32,000 bases of DNA from Alphaproteobacteria bacterium (GTDB lineage Bacteria > Pseudomonadota > Alphaproteobacteria > Bin95). This document shows positions 12,115 through 21,699 of the stretch, one piece after another. The position numbers and the translations under genes are program-made. The notes under the pieces are model-generated. The model had not been told where the DNA came from, ran no database searches, and was given only the letters and a program-made list of their open reading frames with translations. The stretch spans positions 95,750 through 127,749 of the forward strand of contig CBDBGH010000001.1 in assembly GCA_965205265.1 (NCBI GenBank), written 5' to 3'. Within the stretch, counting starts at the first letter, position 1, and each line of letters opens with the position of its first letter.

Positions 12115-12159
12115 GGGATTATGTAGGAAAGTGCCGAAATAGTTGTTGACGCGCCCGGC
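12115..12159 (+). repeat. Left terminal inverted repeat of the IS1595-family element
   Basis: GGGATTATGTAGGAAAGTGCCGAAATAGTTGTTGACGCGCCCGGC matches the reverse complement of the right end, GGGAATTATGCAGGAAAGTGCCGAAACAGTTGTTGACGAGCCCGGC. Confidence 0.88.
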
Positions 12160-12333
12160 TCACCGATCCCGCCGATGCCGGGCAACGCGGACAACCTCGA
12201 CCGGCTTTGCCAAGGCGCTCACCGCTTCCTCAAACGTCGCGTCAACCCGCGTGTCCGCTTCCAGTTCCTCTTTGGAGGGCTGGTAGCTGTCTCGCGCAAT
12301 CTCAACCCGCACGGGCTTGGGCCTGTTGGTCAT
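12160..12333 (-). CDS. 57-aa hypothetical protein, last gene of the transposon-borne cassette
   Basis: MTNRPKPVRVEIARDSYQPSKEELEADTRVDATFEEAVSALAKPVEVVRVARHRRDR*. ATG overlaps the endonuclease stop (ATGA); stop abuts the left TIR. Below the length cutoff of the supplied ORF track. Confidence 0.65.
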   Translation of the reverse strand: MTNRPKPVRVEIARDSYQPSKEELEADTRVDATFEEAVSALAKPVEVVRVARHRRDR

Positions 12334-13157
12334 GGGGTAGCTCCGATCCGTTCCAGTTTCGCTCGCAGGGTGTCTTCAAACTCCTTGCGTTTCACGGTCT
12401 CCGCCGACAGCAGTCTGACGCTGGAGTCTTCTAACGACAACACCTCCCAATGGTGCGGCTCCAGTGTGAAGTTGTCTGTCATGCGCGGGATCAGCCACGC
12501 AATGTCGCCGTCGTCCAGGTCGTGAGACGGCGCAGCGCTCGGTCCACCTATTGCGGCGAAGAACGGCCAGTCAACGGACACCGCCAGCTTTGTGCCCCAT
12601 CGTCTCAACGTCGGGGCCTTGATCTGGAGTTGAGGCATGAGCCGTTTCGCGCTGGACGACCGCCAGTCCGGTCTTCGTCTGCCTTGAGGTGCGGGAGGTT
12701 GCGCGTCGTTGTTGGTCAGCAAGGCCTCGAACTCGGGCACCATTCCGGCACCCTGAAAGTAGACGGCCTGAATCTCCAACCCGAACCACGTTGCCGCCGT
12801 GTCCTCTCCCGCAACGACAAGATCAATGCGGCCGGCCGGTCGCCCGGTCGCGGGTGAGCGCATGAACGGAACCTCGCGGGCGAGAAAGACCTCCTGAAAG
12901 CCCACGATCCGCGCCAACCAGTTTGGAACGAGATTGCCTTCCTCGAAGCGGCTTGGGCAGGTAACGACAGGCCGACCTTCCGGTTCCTGTATCGAACACA
13001 CGCCGCCTCTCTTGCCGCACGGCGGGTTGCCCCGCTGAAAGGGACACGGGGGCGGATCAACGCGTTGTAGAGCCGCCTCCGCCAATGCTTGTCGGCGGGC
13101 GGGCGGCATGGCCGAGAATGGCTCTCCGAACCATTCGGCAATCCCGTAGCCGCTCAC
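12330..13157 (-). CDS. NotI-like restriction endonuclease
   Basis: 275 aa; IAEWFGEPF..., CPFQRGNPPCGKRGGVCS, VVTCPSRF (Cys pattern as in the NotI metal-binding region), then AGRIDLVVAG...WFGLEIQAVYFQG (nuclease-core-like). GTG start overlaps the methyltransferase stop (GTGA). Confidence 0.78.
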   Translation of the reverse strand: MSGYGIAEWFGEPFSAMPPARRQALAEAALQRVDPPPCPFQRGNPPCGKRGGVCSIQEPEGRPVVTCPSRFEEGNLVPNWLARIVGFQEVFLAREVPFMRSPATGRPAGRIDLVVAGEDTAATWFGLEIQAVYFQGAGMVPEFEALLTNNDAQPPAPQGRRRPDWRSSSAKRLMPQLQIKAPTLRRWGTKLAVSVDWPFFAAIGGPSAAPSHDLDDGDIAWLIPRMTDNFTLEPHHWEVLSLEDSSVRLLSAETVKRKEFEDTLRAKLERIGATP

Positions 13158-14026
13158 GAGAACAACGGCTCCGACGTGATGACCAGCTCGTCAATCTGAT
13201 TGTGATGTGTGTTCTTCATGGACAATGCCACCGCGTCGAAATCGTGGTGACGGACAAGATCAACGATCTCCGGGGCCGGATCGTAGGTCATCAGGAAGTT
13301 GGAGTCGCATTCGGCCAGCAGGGAGAACAATGCCGCATGGTCAATGTCGGAGTGAACATACAGCCGTGACCCTGCCCGCTTGCCGCTCGCCGCCGTATAG
13401 GGCGGATCGAGGAACACTGCCGCCTTGCGACCCCACCCATACAGCAAGGCTGGCAGTATCTTCATGCCATCGCCTTCCAGAAAGGTGATTCGGTCTACGT
13501 ATCGCGTGATCGCCGCAAGGCGGTCTGCCAGCGTGTCAGGATACCAGCGGGACAGAATGCCCTTGCCGTTCTCTCCGTGACGGGTGAGGGAAGCGCCAGG
13601 GGCCAGGATGCCGCCGCGCCTGGTACGGTTCAGCACAAGTGTGCGGAAGCCATGCTCCTGCACCGTAGACGGCGGCTTGCTCGCGATCGCGTTCACGCTT
13701 TCGCGCGTCGGCTCGAACTGCCTCACCCACTCCTGCAGTGTTGCACCGCTCTCCAGGGCAGAGCGCCAGAACGCTGCTACATCACGATCAATCTCCACCA
13801 TCACCGCCTCTGGCACCAGATCCTCCATGACGGCAGTGAGGGACACGACTGCACCACCGGCAAACGGCTCAACAAGGATTTCCGGCTCTGTAGCAGTCAA
13901 CCATTCCCGGATGTGTGGAATCAGCCACGTCTTCCCTCCCGGATAGCGCAAGGGACTGCGTTGCGGCACCTGCGCCACATTGACGACCGGGACGCGGGAC
14001 GCGGGGAACGCGACAGCGGCGCTCAC
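13154..14026 (-). CDS. D12-class (Dam-like) adenine-specific DNA methyltransferase
   Basis: 290 aa; SPLRYPGGKTWLIPHI, EPFAGGAVVSL, FLDPPYTAASGKRAGSRLY. GTG start overlaps the transposase stop (GTGA). Confidence 0.9.
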   Translation of the reverse strand: MSAAVAFPASRVPVVNVAQVPQRSPLRYPGGKTWLIPHIREWLTATEPEILVEPFAGGAVVSLTAVMEDLVPEAVMVEIDRDVAAFWRSALESGATLQEWVRQFEPTRESVNAIASKPPSTVQEHGFRTLVLNRTRRGGILAPGASLTRHGENGKGILSRWYPDTLADRLAAITRYVDRITFLEGDGMKILPALLYGWGRKAAVFLDPPYTAASGKRAGSRLYVHSDIDHAALFSLLAECDSNFLMTYDPAPEIVDLVRHHDFDAVALSMKNTHHNQIDELVITSEPLFS

Positions 14027-15009
14027 GACCGCGCTCCGGACTCAAGGCCGTTGTCGGCGATGAGGTCGTGGTACTTGAGCCGCTTTCCTGCCATGGCCCG
14101 GGCGGTCCCGGCCATCTGGTCAAGCGTGTCTTCGTCACGGATGTTGTGGCGAGTGGCAAACTCGCTCACGTAGCGGTCGAGGTGCCTGGCACTGATCTTG
14201 TGGAAGGTTCCCTTGTGCGCCCGCTTGAGCATCGACCACAGAGATTCGATTCCGTTGGTATGCGCCTGTCCCCGGACAAACTCGGAGACCGAGTGCCTGA
14301 CGGCCTCGTGGCCGTAGTCTCGGGCCAGTCCGTTGTAGGCCCCTGCCTCATCTGTGTAGACCATTGCGCCTTCCTCCGTGTTCTCACGGACGAAGCCTTG
14401 CAGGGTCTCTGCGGTGGTGTCATCAACTACCTTGGCACGAACGCGCTTCGTTCCACGGTCCTTCAACCCGGCAACCACAGACTTGCCAACAGAACCGCGT
14501 CCGGTGTCCGCCAGTTCCTTCCTCCTGACGTTGCTCATGTTGCGACGCCTGCCACCGAAGAACGTCTCGTCGGCCTCTACGGGACCGGAGAACTCGGTGC
14601 CGTCCTGTGCGAGTGCCGTGCGGAGACGATGGGCGAGGAACCATGCGCTACGCGGGTTGATGTCGAGATCCCGATGGAGCTTCATGCTCGACACCGACCT
14701 GAGGCTTGTCGTCATGAGAGAGGTGGCGATCATCCACGTCTGGAGGCCCAGCTTCGAGCCTTCCATGACCGTGCCTGTCTTGGCGGAGAACCGCTTGTCG
14801 CAAGCCTTCTCCCGGCAACGGTAGGGCATGGTCTTGTGCTTACAGTCCGTCTTCACATTCAGCGAACCACAAACCGGGCAATCGATCCCATTCGGCCACC
14901 GCTTCCCGATGAACCATGCCTCGGCAGTCGCGTCGTCCGGAAACAGGCGGAACAGTGCCTTGAGTGACAGTCCCTTGCGGAATGACTTGCCGGGTGCCTT
15001 CTTGGTCAT
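14023..15009 (-). CDS. IS1595-family transposase (ISXO2-like DDE with N-terminal zinc ribbon)
   Basis: 328 aa; CPVCGSLNVKTDCKHKTMPYRCREKACDKRFSAKTGTVMEGSKLGLQTW, VEADETFFGGRRRN, VYTDEAGAYNGLARDYGHEAVRHSVSEFVRGQAHTNGIESLWSMLKR. Confidence 0.93.
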   Translation of the reverse strand: MTKKAPGKSFRKGLSLKALFRLFPDDATAEAWFIGKRWPNGIDCPVCGSLNVKTDCKHKTMPYRCREKACDKRFSAKTGTVMEGSKLGLQTWMIATSLMTTSLRSVSSMKLHRDLDINPRSAWFLAHRLRTALAQDGTEFSGPVEADETFFGGRRRNMSNVRRKELADTGRGSVGKSVVAGLKDRGTKRVRAKVVDDTTAETLQGFVRENTEEGAMVYTDEAGAYNGLARDYGHEAVRHSVSEFVRGQAHTNGIESLWSMLKRAHKGTFHKISARHLDRYVSEFATRHNIRDEDTLDQMAGTARAMAGKRLKYHDLIADNGLESGARS

Positions 15010-15020
15010 GACGTTCTCTA

Positions 15021-15070
15021 TCCCTGTATTGCAGGGACAGATTATAGGAGAGTGCCGGGCTCGTCAACAA
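15021..15070 (-). promoter_or_regulatory. Putative promoter of the transposon operon, with a dyad near the start region
   Basis: Minus strand: TTGTTG (15070..15065), 18 nt, TATAAT (15046..15041); dyad TCCCTG-tattg-CAGGGA at 15021..15037. The -35 box lies inside the right TIR. Confidence 0.5.
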
Positions 15071-15099
15071 CTGTTTCGGCACTTTCCTGCATAATTCCC
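15054..15099 (-). repeat. Right terminal inverted repeat of the IS1595-family element
   Basis: Reverse complement GGGAATTATGCAGGAAAGTGCCGAAACAGTTGTTGACGAGCCCGGC; see left TIR. Confidence 0.88.
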
Positions 15100-15108
15100 A
15101 ATCGGAAA
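15100..15108. repeat. Right target-site duplication AATCGGAAA
   Basis: Same 9-mer as 12106..12114. Confidence 0.75.
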
Positions 15109-15660
15109 GGTGCATGGCAACCCCGTCTTCAGTCACGCGGAATGCCGTCGGATGATCTGGTTTTCAAGGTTGCTGGCGAGGATTCCATCGGCATTCTCAC
15201 GCGCCCACGCGGGGTCATTCGATGCCGCCCCAGTCCCCCGCGGCGCGCTCGATCATCTGCCTGTCGGTGCGGGCGAAGGCCCAGTCCAGCCCCCTGCCGC
15301 AGATCTGGAGCTCCTCGACGGCGAACCGCTGCCGCTCCGGTGCCAGGCCCCGCCACCACTCCAGTGCCTCGGGATGGACCGCCTCGCCCGGCTGCGCCAG
15401 AGCGTCTCCATATGTCTCGGGTCAAGGTGCGGATGCTCGCATCGGAACGTCTCCAGTGTCTTCGGCGTCAGGCGGCGGTCGCGAGGCTGGAACTCCTTCC
15501 TGACATGTCGGGGGCCGTCGGTGTAGCCGGTCACCGTCCTTATCTGGCGGCGGCTGTCGTCATCCGGGGCGCCCCGCAGGTCCGCGTCCATATTGTAACC
15601 CGTTGGATTCCACGCTTTGACATATGCCCGGTTGACTACTATAGTGTTCACATTATCGAA

Positions 15661-15949
15661 GTGATCCGAAGCGGTGTCTTTGACGAATGGCTGTCCGGCC
15701 TGCGGGACCGTCGCGCGATGGTCCGGATCGCGGTGCGGCTTGACCGTCTCGCTTCGGGAAATCCCGGCGACACGGCGCCGGTCGGTGGCGGCGTTTCCGA
15801 ACTCCGCATCGACTACGGGCCGGGTTATCGTGTATATTTCCTGCGTCGTGGAACCATCCCGCGCCGTCCTGCCCTGCGGCGGGGAGAAGGCATCTCAGGG
15901 CCGCGACATCAGGAAAGCCAGGTCACTCGCCGGAAACTGGAAGGATTGA
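15661..15949 (+). pseudogene. RelE/HigB-like toxin, frameshifted near 15860
   Basis: VIRSGVFDEWLSGLRDRRAMVRIAVRLDRLASGNPGDTAPVGGGVSELRIDYGPGYRVYFLRRG in frame 1, continuing as RAVLPCGGEKASQGRDIRKARSLAGNWKD in another frame. Confidence 0.75.
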
Positions 15950-15952
15950 GCG

Positions 15953-16270
15953 ATGCATGAAGTGACGTTCGCCCGATACGACACGGCCGACTACCTCAGG
16001 ACCGAGGAGGATGTGGCTGCCTATCTTGAAGCGGTGATGGAGGAAGGCGGCGATGATCCGGCCTTCGTTGCCCGTGCGCTCGGAACGGTGGCCCGGGCAC
16101 GGAACATGACCGCCCTCGCGGAGGAGATCGGAATGAGCCGCACCGGGCTGAACAGGGCGCTTTCGGGAGCGGGCAATCCCACCCTCGCCACGGTCCTGAA
16201 GGTTGCCGGGGCGCTCGGCCTCAGGGTCTCGTTCCAGCCACATGCCGCGGGAGCGCCCGGAGGAAGCTGA
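15953..16270 (+). CDS. HigA-like antitoxin / HTH addiction-module protein
   Basis: 105 aa MHEVTFARYDTADYLRTEEDVAAYLEAVMEEGGDDPAFVARALGTVARARNMTALAEEIGMSRTGLNRALSGAGNPTLATVLKVAGALGLRVSF. Confidence 0.85.
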   Translation: MHEVTFARYDTADYLRTEEDVAAYLEAVMEEGGDDPAFVARALGTVARARNMTALAEEIGMSRTGLNRALSGAGNPTLATVLKVAGALGLRVSFQPHAAGAPGGS

Positions 16271-16840
16271 ACCTGTTGTGTGGGTTCGTGTGCGTATGGC
16301 CCGCAGGACCTGCCCGAAGGAGGTTACGGATCATGGGCGGAACCGGAATCGGGACCGCCCCCGACGACGACCCCCCATAAGCGTCAACCTGTTTGCATCG
16401 GCCTTTTGCCGTGCCATTCTGCCGCATCCGACCTTTTGGGGAGCGGCAAAGCATGAACGGGGACTGGGATCCGCTGTTGGAGTTTTTCCCTCCCGGCCGG
16501 GAGGGGCTGGCGGCCGGGTCCGGTGCGCTGAAGGGACTGCGCAGGGACAGATCGGCGGAGAATCCCCTGCGTACCCTGCCGCTGCATCCCGGCTGCGGCC
16601 ATTCGCTGCGCGGGACCGCGCTCCGGTCCCGCCGGGACGGGCTGGCCGGTCTTTCGCCGGTGGCGTTGAGGAAGCGTGTCGCCAGGTCCGGTCCCTGGCC
16701 TCTTTCGCCTGGGAATTGCATACTGAAATTGACAAACACCACATGTTGTGTTTTATCAATCAAAATATGTGCGTCAATTCCCTTATATGGTATGCTGTAA
16801 AGTTGGGTATGCAATCCCCAAAAATATGGTTGTCACGACA

Positions 16841-17400
16841 GCCGGTCTCCGCGCTGAGGCGTCCCCGGATGCGCGCGTCCTCCGCCCCGAAGTCCAGGAT
16901 CCGGTCGGCGAACACCAGCAGGGTGCGGTCGAGCCGGAGCCGCAGGCCGCGGGCGGAGTCCCGATTCCGGCGCCTCTGCCGCTGGATGCCGCGCTCGACC
17001 CCGCCCACTGTGACGGCGCTGATGTAGAGGCTGTCCTCCGGCCTGTCGCGCAGGAACGCCGCGACCTGCGGCGCCCGTTCCGGCCTCTGCGCGGCCGGGG
17101 AGCACATCGGTGTCGGTCACATACACCCGGAACTCCACATCGCGGGGCGTGACCTGCGCCCGCTCCACCCCAGGGGTCGGGAATGCCAGCAGGTGCCCGG
17201 CGAAGCTCTCCCTGCGCTCCACCGCGCCGTCCAGCAGCTGCCGGTAATCGGTGGTGCCGGGAACCACCACCGCCGGTCTGCCGCGGCGGCTCACCTACTG
17301 CGGCCCGCCGGCCAGCGCCGCCGCCGCCACGGCGGAGAATCTGTTCTTCGCGCCCTGCAGGGTCCAGGTCATGTTCACCTCCGAAATCCATCTGGCTATG
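16841..17400 (-). repeat. Copy 3 of the Phd-like antitoxin / PIN-toxin repeat, truncated at the toxin C-terminus
   Basis: Begins at GCCGGTCTCCGCGCTGAGG inside the PIN sequence; contains an extra RLRLDRT-type insertion relative to copies 1 and 2; keeps the antitoxin start (MTWTLQGAKNRFS...). Confidence 0.78.
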
Positions 17401-17437
17401 TGACCGCTCCCCGTCCTTCAGGACGGGGAGCGGTCAC
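17400..17437. other. Long perfect hairpin
   Basis: GTGACCGCTCCCCGTCCT-tc-AGGACGGGGAGCGGTCAC; reminiscent of hairpins at IS200/IS605-type ends. Confidence 0.6.
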
Positions 17438-17554
17438 TTCTGCTTCATCGCGGGAATTACGACAACCCGCAGCGGAGACCAGCGTTGGTTGACAATTCGC
17501 CTGGGCTTTACCGGATGCGCCGTCCGGTCGCGGGCTGACCGCGTCATCCCGGCA

Positions 17555-17701
17555 TCAATGACCCTGTGCGCCGCCGACGCGGTCGATGCGAAGCGCCGTA
17601 TGGCGCACCAGCACATCAAAATCGCTGTCGCGGTGAAGCACCTGCGCGTCCACGCGGATCGCAACCGCGGCGATGGGACAGTCAACCAGCCTGCGAACGG
17701 T
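17555..17701 (-). pseudogene. VapC (PIN) toxin C-terminal part, separated by IS110 copy 2
   Basis: TVRRLVDCPIAAVAIRVDAQVLHRDSDFDVLVRHTALRIDRVGGAQGH*. Confidence 0.75.
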
Positions 17702-17730
17702 CTCGTATGTTCAAAGAATCAGAAATGAAA

Positions 17731-18970
<1,240 letters not shown>

Positions 18971-19170
18971 CGCCCGGACGGACCGCCGCGGTCCGGCACC
19001 GAAACGAATCACCCGCGGGCCGGCCGGGGTCTCCCCGGCGGGCGTTTCCGGCGTGCCCGGATGGCACCGCCTGTGGGGAACGCTGTGGAAAGGTCCGGGA
19101 CAGCCGGACGCGGAGCCCGGAAAAAATGGAAAAAAAGCCGGATCCGGGCTTGAATTCCAATATGGATGCT

Positions 19171-19410
19171 CTCCCCTGCGACGGCAAAGGCGATGGAGGG
19201 CGGCCGCCTCCTCATGGTCCGCCGGTCCAGTCGGAGCGGTCAGCGGAGGTCGCGCAGATGCCCCTCGTCCCTGGCACCGGCAAGAACCTCCATGCGAATG
19301 GCGTCACAGACGGCGATGTCCGCCCCAAGGACCTTTCCGACACGCTCACATACCGGTGAACCCGTGTCGCGGAGGAATTCGATCCATGCGGACGTGTCGA
19401 CCGGTATCAC
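19171..19410 (-). pseudogene. VapC (PIN) toxin N-terminal part, interrupted by IS110 copy 2 and with a frameshift/stop
   Basis: GTG 19410: VIPVDTSAWIEFLRDTGSPVCERVGKVLGADIAVCDAIRMEVLAGARDEGHLRDLR*; GTG overlaps the vapB stop (GTGA). Confidence 0.78.
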
Positions 19411-19610
19411 GCCGTCCGGCCAGTCCGCATCTCTTCGAGATCGCCTTCCCAGCCCGCTCCCCGCATGCCGCGGGCCCTGTCGAGGCCGAGCCGCTCAGCC
19501 GCCGCCGCCCGCAACGCGAAATTGATGGCATCCCGCTTTGTCTTCAGGCAGTAGCGATGCATGACCGCCGCGCAGGCGTCGTCGTCGATATTCACGTTTG
19601 TGCGGGCCAT
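19407..19610 (-). CDS. vapB: VapB-type antitoxin
   Basis: MARTNVNIDDDACAAVMHRYCLKTKRDAINFALRAAAAERLGLDRARGMRGAGWEGDLEEMRTGRTA. Confidence 0.8.
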   Translation of the reverse strand: MARTNVNIDDDACAAVMHRYCLKTKRDAINFALRAAAAERLGLDRARGMRGAGWEGDLEEMRTGRTA

Positions 19611-19815
19611 GTGCCAAACATGCACACACGAGGCAACCGTGCAAGCCGTTTCGATCCTGCTTCAGGCATGCAAAGGTCCTCTGTCGTTTGCGAAGTCCGG
19701 GTCACTCCACCTGGATACTTCGGCATATTCCCGTGACCGGTCCGCCGACGACTTCGGACCTGGGATCATTGAGATCAAGCGCCCCGGACACAGACCTGGT
19801 ACAGCACCGCGGTGT

Positions 19816-20811
19816 CTACGCCGCGGCGACCGCGAGTCCGGCGGAGCGGGCCCGCTCAGGCCGCAGCGCCGCGCCGAGCGCCTCGTAGTGGCCGTACCAG
19901 GGGGCCGGCGTTCCCAGTCGGGCGCCGTGCAGTTCGGCGATGCCCGCGGCGATCTCCCCGGCCTTCGGGCCGTGGGCGGCGCGGAACGCCGCCGTGACGC
20001 GGCCCTCGGGCTGCCCGGCCATGGCGCGGATCTCCGTCGCGGAGAACGCCCTGTAGAGCCTGGTGGCCGTCCGCTCCCTGTCGCCGTCCTCCAGCTGCCC
20101 GGGCGAGGCCATGCTCCTGATGAGTTCCTCCCGTTCCCGCTGGAGGTCGGCGGGCGCCAGCGGCGGCGAACCGTAGCCGAGCGCCTCGGCCATCGCCTTT
20201 CCCAGAAGCCTGTCCCGGTCGGTCGTGGCGGCGGCCTGGGCGGCGGCGGCAAGCCTCTCAAGCCCCGTGGGCTCCGCTTCCTTTCCGGCGGCGCGCCGGA
20301 TCCCCTCGGCGTGCAGCGCCCGCCACTCGTCGAGTTTCCCGTGCTGGATGAAGAACGGTTCCCCCTGGAAGCGGGCCGTCTCCGCCGCGATGGCGTTGTC
20401 GGGATCGAGCCGGGTGACGGCGTCCACGCGGAGGTCGGCCGCCGCCCGGGCCGCCGCGATCCGCCTAGCCCCGTCCATCCCGCGCCCGTCCATCGGCCGC
20501 CCGTCTGAGGCGAGCACCCGGACCAGCTCGCTCTCGAGGTCCATGCCATGGACCGGGTTCGCCGAATCCACCCGCTCGGTTACGAGGCACGCGAGCAGGC
20601 GGGCGGTGGTCCCGTATTCGCGGACCGCGTCGGCGCGCTGCCGCCGGCGTTGGGTTTCCGCATCGGGTTCCGCCAGCGCCGCCGTCCGACGCGGTGGAGG
20701 GGCAGGGGAGGCGCTGCGGCCCGCGCCGGTCCGTCCCTGCTCCCACCATCTTCCGGGAGGGACATCGGCCCAGGTGTGGATTTCCCGCCGCTCCCACTCC
20801 GCCTCCCGCAA
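19816..20811 (-). CDS. Hypothetical protein
   Basis: 331 aa uninterrupted ORF with a protein-like composition; no family recognised. Confidence 0.5.
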   Translation of the reverse strand: MREAEWERREIHTWADVPPGRWWEQGRTGAGRSASPAPPPRRTAALAEPDAETQRRRQRADAVREYGTTARLLACLVTERVDSANPVHGMDLESELVRVLASDGRPMDGRGMDGARRIAAARAAADLRVDAVTRLDPDNAIAAETARFQGEPFFIQHGKLDEWRALHAEGIRRAAGKEAEPTGLERLAAAAQAAATTDRDRLLGKAMAEALGYGSPPLAPADLQREREELIRSMASPGQLEDGDRERTATRLYRAFSATEIRAMAGQPEGRVTAAFRAAHGPKAGEIAAGIAELHGARLGTPAPWYGHYEALGAALRPERARSAGLAVAAA

Positions 20812-20817
20812 CGCCTC

Positions 20818-21288
20818 CTAGCGCTCGATCCAGCGGTTGAGCGCGGCCATCGCGCCCGGCAGGGACTGGGCGAGGAACCGGCCCTCGTCCCGCGACAGCG
20901 GCATCACCGTCAGCCCCCGACCCGGTGCCGCCGAGTGGAAGATCAGTTCGGGAGTCCCCTCGGCGACGGAAACGCACAGGCGCACCTTCGTCTGGCCAAG
21001 GTCGGCGTCGGTGTCCCATGGAAGGTCGGCTGGGCCGTCCGCCCGGGCGGACCGGTCGCTGGCCTCCGCGCCGGGCTGGCTCCAGCTCCCGGCCGCCGCC
21101 ACGGCGGCCGGCAGGGCGTCGGCGAGGAAGCCGGATTCCTCGAGCGACAGGGTAACCGACCGCTCGCCGCCGACAGCGGCCGAATCGAACGCCATCCCCG
21201 CCCCGCCGTCCCCATCGACGGCGCGGAGGCTAAGTCTGGTGCCGCCGATACTGGCCTGTGTCTTCCATCTGAAGGTGTCCGCGTCCAC
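20818..21288 (-). CDS. Hypothetical protein
   Basis: From GTG 21288: VDADTFRWKTQASIGGTRLSLRAVDGDGGAGMAFDSAAVGGERSVTLSLEESGFLADALPAAVAAAG...; ends 6 nt before the next gene in the same orientation. Confidence 0.45.
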   Translation of the reverse strand: MDADTFRWKTQASIGGTRLSLRAVDGDGGAGMAFDSAAVGGERSVTLSLEESGFLADALPAAVAAAGSWSQPGAEASDRSARADGPADLPWDTDADLGQTKVRLCVSVAEGTPELIFHSAAPGRGLTVMPLSRDEGRFLAQSLPGAMAALNRWIER

Positions 21289-21308
21289 CGCGTCCTCCCT
21301 TCCGTTCC

Positions 21309-21620
21309 CTACGCCGCTGCGCCGCCGGACTCCGGCGGCCGGTCGGGCCCCGTATGGACGGCCATCGCCTCCGCCAGCGCCTTCCCCCCCTCCACGAACA
21401 TCTCGATCGTGAACCGGAGCGCCTCGGGTTCCGAGGACTCCACCGTGAAGGTGCATCTGTGGCAGGTGGCCTCCACACCGTCGAACGCCCCCCCATGGCC
21501 GATGGCCAGCGCCGTCTCGACGCCCTGGCCGTCGCAGATCGGGCACCGGCGCAGGTCCGCGGGCCACAGGGCGATTTCGTCCGGGTCGTTCACGATGTGT
21601 TCTCCGTTCCATTGGGTTCG
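21309..21620 (-). CDS. Small Cys-containing hypothetical protein
   Basis: Within ORF 21309..21926: VNDPDEIALWPADLRRCPICDGQGVETALAIGHGGAFDGVEATCHRCTFTVESSEPEALRFTIEMFVEGGKALAEAMAVHTG, with CPxC...CHRC. Confidence 0.4.
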   Translation of the reverse strand, partial: RTQWNGEHIVNDPDEIALWPADLRRCPICDGQGVETALAIGHGGAFDGVEATCHRCTFTVESSEPEALRFTIEMFVEGGKALAEAMAVHTGPDRPPESGGAAA

Positions 21621-21699
21621 TACACGTCGTGATCCCGGTCCGCAAGGCCCTCCGGCCGCGCGTTCCCGACCTGTCCTGCCTTCGCGATGGAAATGGCCG

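Larger units (their letters stand above)
12115..15099 (-). mobile_element. IS1595-family transposon carrying a restriction-modification cassette
   Basis: Matching ends of about 45 bp, flanking AATCGGAAA duplication, IS1595-type transposase at one end, and passenger methyltransferase, NotI-like endonuclease and a 57-aa ORF filling the rest. Confidence 0.85.

Noticed and set aside
12115-15099. NotI-like/Dam pair as an ordinary chromosomal R-M system beside an unrelated IS
   Set aside because: The TIRs and AATCGGAAA duplication enclose both, and the transposase stop overlaps the methyltransferase start.
16221-16814. Minus-strand 197-aa ORF between HigA and PIN copy 3
   Set aside because: No protein-like motifs or supporting start context; composition is typical of spurious GC-rich frames.
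16841-17400. PIN copy 3 as a functional toxin
   Set aside because: C-terminus is cut at 16841, the N-terminal frameshift is shared with other copies, and there is an internal insertion.
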